Part shown: positions 61,128-64,000 of the stretch, piece by piece | Layout: the number at the start of each line of letters is the position of its first letter | Position numbering within the stretch: the first letter of the stretch is position 1 | NCBI GenBank assembly: GCA_028023455.1 | Contig: JAQFVV010000005.1 | Span: forward strand, 22,630,001 to 22,694,000 | DNA length: 64,000 bases | Origin: Epiperipatus broadwayi | Lineage: Eukaryota > Animalia > Onychophora | Direction: 5' to 3' | Program-made: the position numbers and the translations under genes | The notes under the pieces: model-generated | Told to the model about the DNA's origin: nothing | Databases searched by the model: none | The model's input: the letters and a program-made list of their open reading frames with translations, nothing else

Positions 61128-62224
61128 GTAATTTGCAGTGTCTTCAGCTGTAGCTGAACGATCGCAAATATAAATACTTAATTTAAAATAAGAACTACTG
61201 ACTTATTTACACTAGATCTTTATTGGTTATGTAATAATTCAGTCTAAAACAACAGTTATGGGTAATTGGTTAACATATATATCTATATACCTAATCTGAC
61301 TGCATTACAATTCAACTCCCCCTCTCTGTCTAACAGTAATACTAAAACGCACAGTACCTTAACTAGGTGACGAAAATAAACCATCGTAAAAAAGCCATTT
61401 AGGGTATTTAAAAACTATATTAAGACCAGTGCAGTCTGCTTCTACCCTAATCAGCAGGATTCACCTACAGGCCCCGAGAACCTGGGATCACAGTCCATAG
61501 TGGCAGCACTCATGGAGAACCAAAGGACGAGAGAGCAATATTTATTTTTCCTGCTTTTTTATACTCCCACATTTGAAAATCCCACTTTCGTCACTTCTTT
61601 TCTGGAGTATTAATACATCTTTTCGCGTGTGTGCAGATGGCTTCATTTGGTTATTAATTCCCTTGATATTCCAATCTGTTAAACAAAGCATTTTTATTTA
61701 GTTAATGCAGCCTGATCTAATTACTTTTATTTTCACTTAATTAAATGTGTGCCTTTACTGGCTCTATTTACATATGTATACAACAGGTATCACTATTATT
61801 TAGCCATAAGAATTAGACTAAGGGAAAAGTCATGTGACATAAACACTGAACTCTTGATTTACAGATTATACATGATTTTAGTATCCCAAGTTTTCATAGT
61901 CTGCCATTTATTGGTTCCCTTATCAGAAATTTTCCATTCTTTAAATTCCTTTGCAAAAACACTTAATTGATTTCACTTTCCAGATCCACTATTTCATGTG
62001 ATTTTATCTTTTTCCTAATCAGTTCCAACTTTATTCTTCCGTTTTTTTCACTCAGTCTGAAAAACCTTTTAATTATGCAATTCTATTAATTTTTTATATA
62101 TATAACTCATTCTTACAAAAGTTTCCATTGTCATTAATTAGCACATTTAATTTTAACTTCTGGGGTATTCTTATCACTTTAAGTAGTTTTTAACTAAAAT
62201 ATTTATTGAAAGAAAAATAGTACA

Positions 62225-63000
62225 CTTCCTCCTCTCACTCCAGAAGTTGGAATTGTTTCTTACACATAATCCTTCCATCTTTCTGCATTTTTTTTTTTTG
62301 TGGCACAGGTCTGGGCAGTTTATTTATTTCAGGTTTTGCTTGGATTTCTTCTGCAATTTCATTACTATTTTTCTCAATTAACTGTTTTTCCTCTGTCTTT
62401 CTTCTTTTGTTATTTCTTTTATCACTTTCCTCCTTCTGCATATTTGCATCTTGCAATATTTCCAGCTGCAATTCCTCTGGCTTTCTTTTTTTATATGATT
62501 CATGTGTCATCTGTATTTTAAACCATTAATTCCATTAACCACATATATTTGATTTGGACAATATTTTGTCTATTATTCCCTTGATCTACTTTTTCTGTAT
62601 CACATCTCTCACCCATACAGCCTCCCCACCTCCAAACTATTTACTTGGCTTGACATTTGAAACTAATCTTTTCATTTGGACACAAAACTGCTAATTTAGT
62701 CCTTAGTTTAAGTTCACACATTAATTCTGCTGGAGATTTTCCTATCATTGTAGATGGTGTTAAATGTTGGTATAGCATAAATGTCTGACATGCATTTTGC
62801 GTTTCTACATTGCTCATTTTTTTAAAACTTCTCTTGATTTGCTGTACTTCATTTTCTGCTATTCCATTTGATTGAGAGTGATGTGGAGTTGTGCATTCAT
62901 GATGAATCTCACGGGTACTAAAAAATTGTCATAATTCCTCTCCAGTAAAACCTGTTCTGTTATCTGATACAACCACTTCTGGAAAACCATGTATGAACTG
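62225..63000 (-). mobile_element. Second, older gypsy remnant (integrase, tail and PPT)
   Basis: HGFPEVVVSDN...TTPHHSQSNGIAE..VQQIK...KSPAELM; PPT ggagtgagaggaggaag followed by TGTA (LTR start at about 62224). Confidence 0.8.
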
Positions 63001-63357
63001 TACTTTATGTAAATAGATATATATATATATACACATATATTTTGCGTACAATAATTATGGGGTATTTTGATTTGTAATTATTCAAGTTGTACTTTAAAGA
63101 CATAATTTAAGTTGTATTTCATGTATACTGTGTTTTATTAAATTATTATTAAATTGTCTCATAGCTATAATTTTAATAGATTTATGTTCAACCATTTTAA
63201 ATATCTTTTCTCTGGGGCTTTGAAACTTATGCTTAAATGATATTTCTTAATTTGAAATGTTTAATGCATAATGTTAAATCATAAGGAAATGAAGACATAT
63301 GTTAAGCATAAACTGAGACAGTTGTGTAGTGTTTGTTAAAATAAGGTAGTTTGATAT

Positions 63358-63618
63358 AAACTCTCCATACAGTAATGCCACTCAGTGCAAGCCAGAGTAA
63401 TCAATGGATGCAGGAAGGTTTGCTTCTCACTGATGAAAGCTACAAGTTAGAAACTACTCTGGGGACATTCGATGAGAAGCACTAGATAGGGATTTTATGC
63501 ACAAACTTTTCTGCATCCATTGATTACCCTGGTTTGCACTGAATGGTACTACTGTATGAAGTTTAGCCTCTGTGTAAACAGTTTATGTAAGTATAAAGAA
63601 TGGTGATCATGTGATGTT
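63358..63618. mobile_element. Foldback copy of the GAAACTAGTC hammerhead family
   Basis: About 65-bp arms aaactctccatacag...ggtttg / caaactt...atgaagttt, with the motif at 63424-63465 (stem III G>C change) in the loop; family end gtgatcatgtgatgtt. Confidence 0.72.
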
Positions 63619-64000
63619 CAGTAGTTTGATATATTATTGGAGTAGCAAACTCTGAAACTACAAATCTATGGATTATGTCATAGTCTATCACTTGTGGTGT
63701 TTGAACTTCTTATGAATTACTGAGTAATAAAAGAAAATATTGATTACTCTAATGAGAGTATTTATGTAATCACATTATTTTCTCATGGTGAAACTAAGAC
63801 ATTGCAATAGAATAGGATAATGAAAAATTTTGAGCTGTCCAAACCAGTAGAGAGATTCAGGCATTGGTGTATCTAATTCTTATGATACTTGAAGGTTGTT
63901 CGTGAAATACATACATGGTGAAAGAAGTGGTCTGAGCTGTATCAATAATTAGTTGCATTATTGTAGAGCTAAAATTAGAAAAGCACTGAAAACTTAAAAC

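Larger units (their letters stand above)
56626..61785 (-). mobile_element. Full-length, degenerate Ty3/gypsy (Mag/K02A2.6-like) LTR retrotransposon, 5160 bp
   Basis: LTRs 56626-57279 and 61134-61785 (TG...CA); 5-bp TSD ggtat (56621-56625, 61786-61790); PBS, PPT; gag-PR-RT-RH-IN order. Confidence 0.95.

Overview
AT-rich animal genomic DNA (probably an arthropod; species not determinable from the sequence). The whole window lies inside one large + strand gene. I can read 11 coding exons (2094-54756), all GT-AG, all multiples of 3 and all phase 1-1. They splice without stops into about 1058 aa of a cysteine-rich, probably extracellular protein: nine or ten EGF/FOLN-like modules plus one 2046-bp exon that starts as an EGF-like domain and continues as about 43 tandem C-x-C-P-x11 repeats (consensus CKCPKDMTYYPDTKE). 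Start and stop lie outside the window, and I do not recognise the gene. The introns are filled with mobile DNA: a full-length but degenerate Mag/K02A2.6-like Ty3/gypsy element (both LTRs, 5-bp TSD, tRNA-Ser-type PBS, PPT), a second gypsy remnant, solo LTRs, four RTE LINE copies, six or seven copies of an esterase-ORF1 (RTEX-like) LINE, two hAT MITEs with 8-bp TSDs and three tRNA-Gly-like SINEs. There are also more than a dozen foldback elements, many carrying hammerhead-ribozyme-like cores of the Penelope pLTR type. No rRNA, CRISPR array or prokaryotic genes are evident. All coordinates and counts were read by eye.
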